A stretch of 64,000 nucleotides of DNA from an uncultured Gemmatimonadota bacterium (lineage in GTDB: Bacteria > JAAXHH01): contig CAZZNP010000002.1 of the NCBI GenBank assembly GCA_964655785.1, positions 6,727-70,726 of the forward strand, read 5' to 3'. The position numbers were made by a program, and so were the translations under genes. Position 1 is the first letter of the stretch, and each line of letters begins with the position of its first letter. A model generated the notes under the pieces. The model did not search any database and was not told the DNA's origin. It saw only the letters and a list, made by a program, of their open reading frames with translations. Below, one piece after another: positions 29,076 to 38,811 of this stretch.

Positions 29076-29906
29076 TCATCTGGAAGCCCCGAAAGAGCCG
29101 CTGATCATGTCCCGTAGGAATACGCCGCCGACCTCTTCGTGATTCGGGCCATAGAAACGCCCCTGGATGCCCGTACCGCTGAACACGCCGGAGTCGTCGA
29201 TGGGCAGTCCATCCCATTCGATCGAAGGACGGGTAATGCCGGTGGAGGTGTACGCGATGTCCGTGAAGGACACGTCGATGGCCGGAAGATTGAAATCCGG
29301 AATATCCAGTTCTGCAGAACCATCGACTCGCTGGCCAATGGTGTCGCTCATGGAGACGTCCACCCCAACCATGATCCCATTCCATGAAGCGCCCCCGGAT
29401 ACTGGCCTGGAGTCACTCGCCTTGCCGATTGACCAGGTGGCAACACCCCATGATTGATCGTCGATCATGGATTCACTGGCAACCAGGTCCTCAAGGATGT
29501 TGTGGTTATTCCTGACATAGAACATGCTGTACTCCATCCAGCCGGCATAGTCGCGGTAATCCGTCCGGGTGGTCTGAGTCAGGCTGCCGACGACCGGCTT
29601 GGGGCCGGTCTGAAAAATGGCTTCGGCCCTGTGAACACCGGCTTCAATGCCAAGATACTCGAGAGAACGAGAGAAGATGACATCTGCCTGGAAGCCGTTG
29701 CTGAAGCTGGTTCCCCCAAGTTGCCATTGATTGGCGTTCCGCGAGGTGATGCCTGCGTGGATGACCGTATCTGCAGCACCAGCCAGTTCCAGGATGGAAT
29801 CGGAAATGTCATCGGAACTCAGATGGGTTGATTTGGCCCCTCCCCCGCAACCGGCGAGGGATATGGCTGCAAGAAGGGTCAGAATTCTTCCTGGATTGGT
29901 AAGCAT
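29076..29906 (-). CDS. Surface-lipoprotein-type protein with a TbpB/fHbp-like C-terminal 8-strand beta-barrel handle domain
   Basis: Signal peptide and lipobox MLTNPGRILTLLAAISLAGCGG (start at 29906, GGAG RBS). C-terminal GIQGRFYGPNHEEVGGVFLRD...SGSFGASR matches the handle-domain end motif of Slam-dependent lipoproteins. Confidence 0.6.
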   Translation of the reverse strand: MLTNPGRILTLLAAISLAGCGGGAKSTHLSSDDISDSILELAGAADTVIHAGITSRNANQWQLGGTSFSNGFQADVIFSRSLEYLGIEAGVHRAEAIFQTGPKPVVGSLTQTTRTDYRDYAGWMEYSMFYVRNNHNILEDLVASESMIDDQSWGVATWSIGKASDSRPVSGGASWNGIMVGVDVSMSDTIGQRVDGSAELDIPDFNLPAIDVSFTDIAYTSTGITRPSIEWDGLPIDDSGVFSGTGIQGRFYGPNHEEVGGVFLRDMISGSFGASR

Positions 29907-30277
29907 GGATTGACTCCGGTTGATTCTGGATATCCCGGCGCAAAATGGTGCCGGGCCGTGCTTACCAACGCACGTTGAGGTGCCCTGCCTATTCGTCCGG
30001 AGCGGGTCATGACTCCCTCCCCTTGATGGACTGTTGTATTCAACAGGCGACCCGACTCGGGGCGCGCGTTGGTAAGTGGGTGGAACTGTATCACCGGATC
30101 GGAAATTATTCATCTTGCTTGTCCTTGAATGATTGGGTTTGGATTCATATGCATCCAGGGGGAATTGCCACATCCATGATGCGACAGATTGGACTAATAC
30201 GAGGTCGGTCAGATTCTCGGTGGCGAGCGCCGGACTGGGCGGGACTGTTGTCAGCATCTCCATGCGCAGGCGCCCGA

Positions 30278-33200
30278 TCATCGCCGGGCACCACAACGGT
30301 TGATAATTTCGGAACTAAGGCTGAAGCACAGACGCGGGCCACAGGTAAGGATCAAAGGATTCAGGTGAGGCAAGGTATACTGCTGTGGCTGCTGAATGTT
30401 TCTGCCATAAAAATTGGCTCCGTTCGGTCCAACCACTTCGTAGATACTCCAGATTCCGCATGACGACCCTGAGTCAGCAAAAAACAGCAGTTCATTGATG
30501 TTGTAAACGGAAGAATCGCTGCAGTCTCCGGGTTGTGTGTGACTGTAACTGGCATAATCCAGTCCTCTACGCTGGGTGACGCCCACGGAAACCCGGATTC
30601 CCATGCTGTAATCCCAGGTTTCAGCCCCGCAAAATGCAGTGCATGTACTGGCATTCCAACCTGCTCTCGGATCCAGGTCGTCCGGACGTGGGCATACTGG
30701 TGGCGGCGCCGCGTCGTTGTCCCGGACGGTGACGGACGCAGACGAACGCGATCCCACGGTGTAACCGCTTCCGACGGCGATCAGAGCCCCGACCTGCCCG
30801 TCCGGCTCGTCGTTCGCATCATCCACGGTGGGAACGGAGTACGTGACAACTGTGTGCCTAGCGGGAAGAGTAACGGCGTTCGGTCCTTCGACGGACGATG
30901 CCAGGAAATCCGAAGTCGCGTCATCCGACACGGTCAGGCCAATGACGATGGGCGCGGCGGATCCCAGGCTGGCCTCGAGGGTGAATACCGCATTGCCACC
31001 TTCGGTGACGGGGACACCGCCCCTGATGCTGATTTCAGGCGTGCTTGGGGGCGCCGCGTCATTGTCCCGGACGGTGACGATGGCGGACGACGGGGAGCCT
31101 GTCGTGAAGCCGCTGCCGCCCGTGATCCTGGCCGAGACCTGGCCGTCCGGCTCGTCGTTCGTATCATCGATGGTGGGAACGGAGTACATAGCGATCGTGC
31201 TCCCTGCGGGCAGCGTGACGGTACTGGGGCCTTCGGTCGAAGACGCCAGGTAATCGGAAGTGGCGTCATCGGAAACATTCAGGCCGATAGTGATTGCCGC
31301 GGTGGACGTCCGGTCGGCCGTGACGGTGAAGACCGCGTTACCGCCCTCGGTCACCGAGACGCCCCCGCGGATGGTGATTACGGGCAAGACAGGGGACGCC
31401 GCGTCATTGTCGTGGACGGCGACGGTGGCGGACGACGGGGAGCCTGCCGTGTAGCCGCTGCCGCTCGCGATCCTGGCCGAGACCTGCCCGTCCGGCTCGT
31501 CTGCACTGTCGTCCTCTGTGCGTACGGAATACGTGGCCGATCTTGCTCCCGCCGGAAGTGTGACGGACTTGCGCCCCTCGCTGGTCGATGCCAGGAAATC
31601 GGAAGCGGCGTCATCCGAGACGTCCAGGCTGACGCTGATGGCCGTGGCGGATGCCCGGCTGGCACGCAGGGTGAACGCCGCAGTGCCGCCCTCGGTGACA
31701 GCACTGCCCCCGGTAATGGTGATTGCGGGTATCGCCGGCAGCGGCGCATCGTTGTCCCGGACGCTGACGTACGCGGACGAGGGAATACCGGTGGTGTAGG
31801 AGGAGCGCCCGGTAATCCGGACAGTGACCCGCCCGTCCGGTTCATCGGTGGTGTCATCCACCGTGGGCACGGAATACCGCACCGTCGTGGCCCCTGCAGG
31901 AAGGGTCACGCTTCGGTGACCCTCGCTGGACGATGCCAGGAAATCGGAGGTGGAGTCATCCGAGACGTCCAGGCTGACGCTGATGGCCGTGGTGGAGGCC
32001 CGACTGGCCCGCAGTGTGAACACCGCGTTGCCGCCCTCGGTGACGGCGCTGCCCCCGGCGATGGTGATTACGGGCTTGACGGACGGCGCCGAATCGTTGT
32101 CCCTGACGATGATGGACGCGGAGCGCGATCCGATGGTGTAGCAAGGGGAACCGACGATGCGCACCGTGATGATCCCATCCGGCTCGTCGACGCTGTCGTT
32201 TTCCGTGAGCACGGCGTACGTGGCCGATCTCCCCCCCGCCGGCAGGCTGACGGTCTTGCGGCCTTCCGCGGACGCTGCCAGGAAATCGCCCGAAGCATCA
32301 TCCGAAACGTCCAGGCTGACGCTGACGGCCGAGGCGGACGTCCTGTTCGCCCGTATGGTGAACGAGGCCCTTCTTCCCTCGACGATCGCACCGTGGCCGC
32401 CGATGCTGATCACGGGTTTCGGGGACGGCGTTCCGGGGCAATCGTTGTCGCTGATGCCGACGGACGCGGATTCGGGCGCGTAGGGGACATAGCCGGATCC
32501 GCTCAGGACGCGCGCGGTGACCTGCCCGTCCGGTTCGTCGATGGCGTCATCCACCGTCGGCACGGTCCAGGTGACGGAGGAGGTCCCGCCGGGGAACGTG
32601 ACGGTCTTCCTGCCTTCGTCCCCCGCCGCCACGAAATCCGCCGACGCATCGTCCGAAACGGAAAGCGCGACGGTCGCCGCCGAGGAAAAGGGAACCGTGG
32701 GCCTGAGCGTGAAAACCGCATTGCCGCCTTCCGTGACCGCACTTCCTCCGGTGATGGAGACGCCGGGCACGGCCGGGGGCAGCGTCGGAGGCGGGAGCGT
32801 GTCCGTCGGGCTCCAGGCGACGCAGGACGGGACGCCGCCGCTGATGGCGAGCAGCTGGTCCGGACTGCAGTTGAGGCCCGCCAGCCGGACGAGGAACCGG
32901 GCGCGGTCCCGGTCGAGGACCTCCCCGCCGATGACGAGCCGCTCGTTGATCAGGAATCTGTCGACGTCCTCGATATCGTTGCCGCCCAAATTGAGATCGC
33001 CGGCCATGTCCCGGGTGCCGTCCCGGACGAGCAGTTCCTGGACCCGGTCGCCGGGCTCGTGTCCGGGGATCGGGATCTCGATCTCGACGACGGATGTCGT
33101 CCCCGCCCTCGCCTGCCCGGGAAATTCGGATCGCACCTCGGCGGCGAGCCGTGCATCCAGCAGGTCGGTCCGGATGACGATCGGCAACGTCGGGTGGTTG

Positions 33201-33553
33201 GGCGGTGTTGGCGCATCCAGTTCAAGCAACTGCCCCACGCCGTTGCGGGCGTTGGCCGCCAGGACCGGGGCCAGGGCGGAGAGGTCGGACATGGAGGAAG
33301 GCCAGGTGTTGTTGTTCTCGAGGCGCCAGGAATACAGAACCTCCGCAGTTGCGATGATGATATCACGGGTGCTGTCGACCTTTGCTTTCTCCAGTTCGCC
33401 GAGTTCCCTGTGGTACCAGGCGGCGACCATGAGGGACACGACCAGGGCCGCGCCGGTGGCGGCGAGCAGGGCGAAACCGCGCTGCCGGCCGAGCGGGCCG
33501 GTGGAGCCGGTTTCGATGTTGCGGGACACGGATGGGTCATGTGATGGTTTCAT
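30278..33553 (-). CDS. pilV: PilV-like type IVb minor pilin/adhesin, long variant with eight Calx-beta-like repeats and a Cys-rich C-terminal domain
   Basis: N-terminal region paralogous to the upstream short PilV-like protein (MKPSHDPS...RGFALLAATGAALVVSLMV, then ...EIEIPIPGHEPGDRVQELLVRDGTRDMAGDLNLGGNDI...). Eight ~100-aa repeats each contain ...TEGGNAVFTL...SDD..SDF...VP(T/I)(V/I)DD..DEPDG.V(T/S)(A/V)R. The ORF-track N-terminal extension to 34132 was rejected because it overlaps the upstream gene. Confidence 0.6.
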   Translation of the reverse strand: MKPSHDPSVSRNIETGSTGPLGRQRGFALLAATGAALVVSLMVAAWYHRELGELEKAKVDSTRDIIIATAEVLYSWRLENNNTWPSSMSDLSALAPVLAANARNGVGQLLELDAPTPPNHPTLPIVIRTDLLDARLAAEVRSEFPGQARAGTTSVVEIEIPIPGHEPGDRVQELLVRDGTRDMAGDLNLGGNDIEDVDRFLINERLVIGGEVLDRDRARFLVRLAGLNCSPDQLLAISGGVPSCVAWSPTDTLPPPTLPPAVPGVSITGGSAVTEGGNAVFTLRPTVPFSSAATVALSVSDDASADFVAAGDEGRKTVTFPGGTSSVTWTVPTVDDAIDEPDGQVTARVLSGSGYVPYAPESASVGISDNDCPGTPSPKPVISIGGHGAIVEGRRASFTIRANRTSASAVSVSLDVSDDASGDFLAASAEGRKTVSLPAGGRSATYAVLTENDSVDEPDGIITVRIVGSPCYTIGSRSASIIVRDNDSAPSVKPVITIAGGSAVTEGGNAVFTLRASRASTTAISVSLDVSDDSTSDFLASSSEGHRSVTLPAGATTVRYSVPTVDDTTDEPDGRVTVRITGRSSYTTGIPSSAYVSVRDNDAPLPAIPAITITGGSAVTEGGTAAFTLRASRASATAISVSLDVSDDAASDFLASTSEGRKSVTLPAGARSATYSVRTEDDSADEPDGQVSARIASGSGYTAGSPSSATVAVHDNDAASPVLPVITIRGGVSVTEGGNAVFTVTADRTSTAAITIGLNVSDDATSDYLASSTEGPSTVTLPAGSTIAMYSVPTIDDTNDEPDGQVSARITGGSGFTTGSPSSAIVTVRDNDAAPPSTPEISIRGGVPVTEGGNAVFTLEASLGSAAPIVIGLTVSDDATSDFLASSVEGPNAVTLPARHTVVTYSVPTVDDANDEPDGQVGALIAVGSGYTVGSRSSASVTVRDNDAAPPPVCPRPDDLDPRAGWNASTCTAFCGAETWDYSMGIRVSVGVTQRRGLDYASYSHTQPGDCSDSSVYNINELLFFADSGSSCGIWSIYEVVGPNGANFYGRNIQQPQQYTLPHLNPLILTCGPRLCFSLSSEIINRCGARR

Positions 33554-33567
33554 GGGTCTGGTCGGGA

Positions 33568-34425
33568 TCATGGCGATGTCGGCGGACAGGCGGGCGGCGG
33601 CGGACAGGGAGGGCACGGGCAGAGCGCGCCGCAGGTCGCACAGGACGGGGACCAGCAGGACGCCGTGGTGCCGCTGATGGTCACTCCGGTGGCGCAGCCG
33701 AGGCCGGCCGCGCCGTTCAGGAAACGGACGATGTTCGGGGAGACGGGATTGCCGCCGATCTCGACTTCGGTGTTGACGCGCACCTCTTCGGCGTTGCTGA
33801 TGTCGTTGGTTGCAAGGCCGAGGTCCCCGGTCATGTCCCGGGAGCCGTCGAGGCGAAGGAGCGAGTCCCTGGCGGGCTCGTGTCCCGGGACGGGAACCTC
33901 GATGGATACGACGCTCCCGGTCCTTGTCGCCAGGCCCAGGAACTCCCGCTCGAGGAGTTCGGCGAAGTCCGCATCCTCCATGTCCGTCTCGATGACGATG
34001 GGGGCGTTCGAAGTCGCCGGCGTCGGCACACGGAAGGAGTATGGCTTGCCAACGCCGTTCCGGCCTCCCGGGGGCGTGGTATTGGCGAAAGCGGGTGCGT
34101 AGGCGGCCAGGGCTGCGAAGTCGGCGGGCCATGCAGCCGGCTCCGGTGGCGTCTGCGATGGAAATTCGCTGATGCGGTATGCGGAAACGGCCTCGGCCAG
34201 GATCAGCATGCCCGCCCGGGTATTGTCGATCTGTGCGCTGGCGAGGGACCGGTCGAGTTCCCGGGTGAACAGACCCACCAGCATGGCGGTCACGAACAGG
34301 ACGGCGGTCGCCTCGATGAGGCTGAAGCCGCCTTGACGGGAAAGGAGGGAAAGGCGGAATCGGTACGGGTCGGCCGTGGACTGACCAACCGGCGATGCGC
34401 CGGTGCTGGGGTGGCTCCGGTTCAT
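33568..34425 (-). CDS. pilV: PilV-like type IVb minor pilin (short variant) with a prepilin-type N-terminus
   Basis: Prepilin cleavage/methylation motif QGGFSLIEATAVLFV. The central domain ...SIEVPVPGHEPARDSLLRLDGSRDMTGDLGLATNDI... is shared with the long variant. Confidence 0.65.
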   Translation of the reverse strand: MNRSHPSTGASPVGQSTADPYRFRLSLLSRQGGFSLIEATAVLFVTAMLVGLFTRELDRSLASAQIDNTRAGMLILAEAVSAYRISEFPSQTPPEPAAWPADFAALAAYAPAFANTTPPGGRNGVGKPYSFRVPTPATSNAPIVIETDMEDADFAELLEREFLGLATRTGSVVSIEVPVPGHEPARDSLLRLDGSRDMTGDLGLATNDISNAEEVRVNTEVEIGGNPVSPNIVRFLNGAAGLGCATGVTISGTTASCWSPSCATCGALCPCPPCPPPPACPPTSP

Positions 34426-34667
34426 CGGGAACCTTCTGTTCCGGACAGGGAATTATGGATGTTCATCAGCTCCTCCCGGATTTGGTGCTGGGATTCCAGC
34501 AGATTTCGGTCGAACTCGTTCCGCAGCTGCATGTATTTGAGATCCTGTTCCAATAACATGTTGTTCATATTCATCAGCACCACGGTGAGGGCGCCAAGAA
34601 CCGACAGGAGGAGCCAGCCGGTCACGTGGATGGCCCAGGGCACGGATGATCCGGACAAGGGGCCCAT
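34422..34667 (-). CDS. Small hypothetical membrane protein (AT-richer)
   Basis: 81-codon ORF with one hydrophobic helix. Its stop overlaps the pilV-short start. Confidence 0.25.
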   Translation of the reverse strand: MGPLSGSSVPWAIHVTGWLLLSVLGALTVVLMNMNNMLLEQDLKYMQLRNEFDRNLLESQHQIREELMNIHNSLSGTEGSR

Positions 34668-34736
34668 GGATTTTCTTTTCAGTTGTGTTTGCGTTCATGG
34701 TTCGGTACCGAAGGGTTACGAATGGAATTGAATGGA

Positions 34737-35861
34737 TCACGCGACATCGACGTTGCCGCTGCCGCCCCAGCCCAGCTGCCCGGCCAGATGGGAAATGGCG
34801 TCCGGGAAGAGCAGCCAGGCGATCGCCGCTCCGGCGAGCCAGGGGCCGAGGGGCACGAGCCGCGCCGGACTGCTCCTGCCGATGAGGATCAGGAAACCGT
34901 GCGTGACGAGTGCGGCGCCGGTGGCCAGGATCGCGACCTGGAGGAGGCCCGCGATGCCGGCCCACGCGCCGATCGCGGCGGCCAGCTTGCAGTCGCCGAG
35001 GCCGAGACCGGCACGGCCGGTGATCCGGAACCATCCCTCCCGGAAGACCCGGAATATGCAATAGCCGGAAGCGGCGCCAATGACGGCCTGGTCGAGGGGC
35101 ACGAACCCGCCATGTATGTTTGCCGAGAGCCCGAACCACGTCAGCGGCAGAACCAGGACATCCGGCAGGACGAGGTGCTCGATGTCGATCACGGCGAGGG
35201 AAAGCAGCACTGCCGCGAAGACCAGCGCCGCGGGGACCACGGGATCGTAGCCGTAGCGCCAGTGGATCATGGTGAACAGGACGGCCGTCAGGAGCTCGAC
35301 GACGGGATACCGCACCGGGATCGGCCGGCCGCAGCAGGCGGTCCGGCCGTGGAGCCACAGCCATCCGATCACGGGCGTCGCCAGCAACCCCGGAATGGGG
35401 GTGCGGCAGTGGATACACAGGGACCGCCCCGTGGCGAAATCCGGCGGAAGATCCTCCAGTTCCCGGTCAGCGGCCTGGATATAGTCCAGCTCCGCCCAGG
35501 CCCGCGCCCGGGCAAGCCTGACTTCCCTGGGGGGAGTCCGGGAAATGATGACATTCACAAGCCCCCCGATGACGAGGCCGAACAGGAACGAGGTTGCCAA
35601 CTGCTGCAGCGTAAGCGGCTGCCCGGCAACGGTGCTCCAGGCGGTCATCCAGTCGATCATGCTTCTGCCCCCGGAATCCGGCATCAGCCCCTGCAGCGCC
35701 TGGAGGGTATGCAGGCCGTGGGGATCGTTGGCCAGGAACAGGGCGAGGCCGAGGATGATAACCCCCATGGCCAGCGAAACCAGGCGCCCCGTATTTTCAG
35801 GGATGATTGTCATGGGCTTCCTGTTGCGGCTGCCTGCGGGATTCCGGGTATTCATCGGCAT
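34737..35861 (-). CDS. Prepilin peptidase (A24 family, PilD/PilU-like). The true start is probably an internal Met (MTII or MGVIILG).
   Basis: Cys pairs CIHCRTPIP...CCGRPIP. Polytopic membrane profile and the catalytic-region motif GLGDCKLAAAIGAWAG. Confidence 0.75.
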   Translation of the reverse strand: MPMNTRNPAGSRNRKPMTIIPENTGRLVSLAMGVIILGLALFLANDPHGLHTLQALQGLMPDSGGRSMIDWMTAWSTVAGQPLTLQQLATSFLFGLVIGGLVNVIISRTPPREVRLARARAWAELDYIQAADRELEDLPPDFATGRSLCIHCRTPIPGLLATPVIGWLWLHGRTACCGRPIPVRYPVVELLTAVLFTMIHWRYGYDPVVPAALVFAAVLLSLAVIDIEHLVLPDVLVLPLTWFGLSANIHGGFVPLDQAVIGAASGYCIFRVFREGWFRITGRAGLGLGDCKLAAAIGAWAGIAGLLQVAILATGAALVTHGFLILIGRSSPARLVPLGPWLAGAAIAWLLFPDAISHLAGQLGWGGSGNVDVA

Positions 35862-35871
35862 TCGGCGGAAC

Positions 35872-36327
35872 TCAGCAGCCTTCGTCGGACATCAGCCAGC
35901 GGAACCCGCTCCGGTTTCCGGTGGGGTTCCTGAAAACCGGAATCTCGATGTGGCCGGATGCGCGGGCCGCCCCGGGCAGGACGAGGAACACCGAGTTGGC
36001 CAGATCGTCCCGGGGCGCCCGGTATCGCACCAGGACGCCGTTGCCGGCGCCCCCGGGGCGGGACTGGAGGCGGATGCTCCAGCGGTCCGGATCGAGCACA
36101 CCGGGTGTGGACCGGCCAAGTCTTTGGGCTGCCTGCGACATGTTCTCCGGAGACGCCGGCAGTGGATCGCCGCAAAGATGCCTGGCATAGTCCAGTGCCA
36201 GGATCCGGGCCGCCTCGAGGTCCGCGCGGAGGCCCGCCTCCTCACCCCGCTCCAGCCAGAACCTGAACCCCGCGGCGGCGGCCATGGCAGCCAGGCCAAT
36301 CAGCACTGCAGTGCGAAAAAGGGACAT
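35872..36327 (-). CDS. Hypothetical exported protein of the pil cluster
   Basis: Signal-peptide-like N-terminus MSLFRTAVLIGLAAMAAAAG. No recognisable catalytic motif. Confidence 0.35.
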   Translation of the reverse strand: MSLFRTAVLIGLAAMAAAAGFRFWLERGEEAGLRADLEAARILALDYARHLCGDPLPASPENMSQAAQRLGRSTPGVLDPDRWSIRLQSRPGGAGNGVLVRYRAPRDDLANSVFLVLPGAARASGHIEIPVFRNPTGNRSGFRWLMSDEGC

Positions 36328-36440
36328 GATTGGCGGTCAGCCGAGACGGAAAACCGGGGTGCGGCCCGAACAGTCCCGGGACGGGTTCGCCGGGACGCCC
36401 ACGATCCTGGCGTCCCGGTGCAGTACCGGCTTCCGCATCA

Positions 36441-36983
36441 TCAGTTGATCTGGAACGTCAGGGTATAGGGTCCGGACCCTGCGCAGGCGGGCGCGGGAGA
36501 CGCCTTGACCGCCTTGATGTTCTTTACGCGGGCCTCGATCTGCTCGCATCCCTCCTGGGAATCGAACTCGTAGGTGATCTCGGCGTCCGCGTCGGAGTTC
36601 TTTTCGACGATGGTGATGTCCAGGCCATAGGCGTTCTCCTCGACGCCGTCGGTGTATTTCTGCAGGCCGTAGCCCTCGTCCTTCAGCTTGGTGACGGTGA
36701 TGCCGTCGTAGTCGCCGTTGATGGTCCGGAACTTCTGGCCGGCGATGATCAGGTCGACGGCCTCGGAATAGGACTGCTCCACGTTGGTGTTGAAGAACAT
36801 CTCCTGGATCTTCGGGATCGCGAACGCGATCACGATGGCCCCGACCGCGAGCACGGCCAGGGCCTCGACCAGGCTGAACCCGGCAAAGCGGTGGGCCGGA
36901 TGGAGCACGGCCCCGGTGGCTGCGGGTACGGTCGACGCGGATGCGGACGCTGCGGATGGATCGATGGTTGCGGATGTGTTCAT
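36441..36983 (-). CDS. pilS: Type IVb major pilin (PilS-like) with a prepilin N-terminus
   Basis: AGFSLVEALAVLAVGAIVIAFAIP prepilin motif after a ~30-aa leader. C-terminal Cys pair. Confidence 0.7.
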   Translation of the reverse strand: MNTSATIDPSAASASASTVPAATGAVLHPAHRFAGFSLVEALAVLAVGAIVIAFAIPKIQEMFFNTNVEQSYSEAVDLIIAGQKFRTINGDYDGITVTKLKDEGYGLQKYTDGVEENAYGLDITIVEKNSDADAEITYEFDSQEGCEQIEARVKNIKAVKASPAPACAGSGPYTLTFQIN

Positions 36984-37059
36984 ATCGTTTACCTGCTTGA
37001 TGAATTGAATGGATTGGGTTTGAAAGTCAGAAGAAGCCGAAACGGGAACCTGAAAGGAA

Positions 37060-38079
37060 TCACTGGTAGGTGGTCACGCTGTCGTACATCGAATAGATGC
37101 CGTCGAACAGCTGCGCGAAGCCGAGCACGATGCCGGCCAGCAGCACGATGCGGAAGAGCCGGTTCAGGACGCCGAGCTGGCGGTCCAGCATCTGGCGCTG
37201 GACGTCCATGAGGGTCCGGTAGCCGACCTCGTACCGGGCGAGTTCCCGGCCCGGGACCAGGCCCTTCAGCAGCGCGGCGAACCTGGGCTTCAGCACGCCC
37301 CCGGCCAGGGCGTCCTCGAGCCGCATGCCCCTGGTGACGATGAGGTCGTGGGCGCTCACGGCGTGGTGACGCAGGTAAGGGCTGCCCCGGTAGACGTCGG
37401 CGATGTGCTCCAGGATGACCTGCCCGACGGCGCCGTTCCGGGCCATCATGGCGGCGATCCGGCAGAACCGGATGCCGATCCTCAGCCGTTCGATGGTGTC
37501 GAAGGGTTCCAGGACCTGCCGCACCGGCCCGGTCCAGCGTTTCACGACCCATGTCACGGTGACCGTCAACGTGCCTCCGGCCCCGAGAAGAACGGGCATC
37601 CATTGCTGCAGCATGAGGGAAGCGTCGTAGAGGGGGTTGCCCTCGCCGGACAGCCGCATCCGTCCGAAGAACCCCTCGGCACTGAAGATCAGGAATACGA
37701 GGATCCCGAGGATCATCGCGAAATAGGCGTTGGGCACCAGCACCCGGCGGAACACCCCCGGGATGTCCCCGTCCCGGTCCGCCAGCCTTCGCAGGGCCTC
37801 CGGCATGCTGCCGTATTTCGCCGCCACGGTGAGGATGGCCACGTCCTCGGCGGGCAGCAACCCGGTCGAGGCCATGCCATCGACGGCGGGACGGCCCTCG
37901 TATTCCGCCTGACCGCCGGCGCCGGCCAGCTCGCGGATGCCGCCCGGGAGGCCGTCGAGTTCGGCCAGTTCCCGGCAGGCGCGGGACGCCACGAACCCCG
38001 CGTCGACCTGGGCCGACAGCAGCCGGTAGAACATCAGCCGGTCGTTTTTCGGCAGCTTCCAGAGCCGGCGAATGCTCAT
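37060..38079 (-). CDS. pilR: Type IVb pilus inner-membrane platform protein (PilR-like, GspF/TadC family)
   Basis: T2SS-F-like alternation of cytoplasmic domains and TM segments. Position between the pilin gene and the PilQ ATPase matches the R64/PAPI-1 order. Confidence 0.65.
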   Translation of the reverse strand: MSIRRLWKLPKNDRLMFYRLLSAQVDAGFVASRACRELAELDGLPGGIRELAGAGGQAEYEGRPAVDGMASTGLLPAEDVAILTVAAKYGSMPEALRRLADRDGDIPGVFRRVLVPNAYFAMILGILVFLIFSAEGFFGRMRLSGEGNPLYDASLMLQQWMPVLLGAGGTLTVTVTWVVKRWTGPVRQVLEPFDTIERLRIGIRFCRIAAMMARNGAVGQVILEHIADVYRGSPYLRHHAVSAHDLIVTRGMRLEDALAGGVLKPRFAALLKGLVPGRELARYEVGYRTLMDVQRQMLDRQLGVLNRLFRIVLLAGIVLGFAQLFDGIYSMYDSVTTYQ

Positions 38080-38327
38080 GAGGAGCCTCCGGAAGCAACA
38101 TCGTCGTCCCGATCTTCACCGTCCCCTGGTCCCGCACGGTTTGAACGGCGTGGGTTAATGAATTTCCTTTCGAACAGGAGATAGGACAGGACTACGACGG
38201 CCGCAATGAAAGCCAAGAGCGCAACATGCGGCCAGGAAAGGTCCGGCGAGGATTCGACCCGAAGGACCAGGTAATACAACATAAACGCGACCAAAGAGAA
38301 CCCAGCCGTGAGAGCCAAAACGTTCAT
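38076..38327 (-). CDS. Small membrane protein (start at MNVLALTAGF)
   Basis: Two hydrophobic helices. Its stop overlaps the pilR start. Confidence 0.3.
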   Translation of the reverse strand: MNVLALTAGFSLVAFMLYYLVLRVESSPDLSWPHVALLAFIAAVVVLSYLLFERKFINPRRSNRAGPGDGEDRDDDVASGGSS

Positions 38328-38430
38328 GAAACACCCCCGGACACCGGCACGGCCTGGCCTTCCTTGGCCCCGCCACCCCACTCCTTTACCGGATTACGGT
38401 GGATTCCGCGATCGGCCATTGCCGCCGGGA

Positions 38431-38760
38431 TCAGGCAATGCCCAGCAGTATCACGACCGCGCCGACTACGACGCCGGCCGCGAAGGAGACGACGACCGCG
38501 AAATAGGTCAGGGGATTTTTCAGGAGATCTTTCAGGTGGTTTTCCGGGGAATTCATGTTGCTGTCTCCTGTCTGGAGGGTTGGAGGTATGGGACTGGTCC
38601 CGACCGGCGGTGCGTGGCGACGCTGCCGCACATACCGCAGAAGGCGTCGAAGACGGGCATGAGGCGGCCGGAGAGCGGATCGCGCGCGACCCGGGACGAT
38701 ACGGACCGCCGGCAGGTCGGACATGGTTTCCATGTTGTGCATATTGTTCATGATGTTCAT
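38431..38760 (-). CDS. Small hypothetical membrane protein
   Basis: C-terminal TM helix TYFAVVVSFAAGVVVGAVVILLGIA. Confidence 0.3.
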   Translation of the reverse strand: MNIMNNMHNMETMSDLPAVRIVPGRARSALRPPHARLRRLLRYVRQRRHAPPVGTSPIPPTLQTGDSNMNSPENHLKDLLKNPLTYFAVVVSFAAGVVVGAVVILLGIA

Positions 38761-38811
38761 GAGACGCCCCCGGATTCGGCGCCATGGGGCAGTTGTTCAT
38801 CTTCGCCTCCA

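Noticed and set aside
33554-34132. N-terminal 193 codons of the long ORF 30278-34132
   Set aside because: This stretch overlaps the upstream pilV-like gene in another frame for ~560 nt and is Arg/Pro-rich. Homology between the two PilV-like N-termini places the true start at MKPSHDPS (33553).
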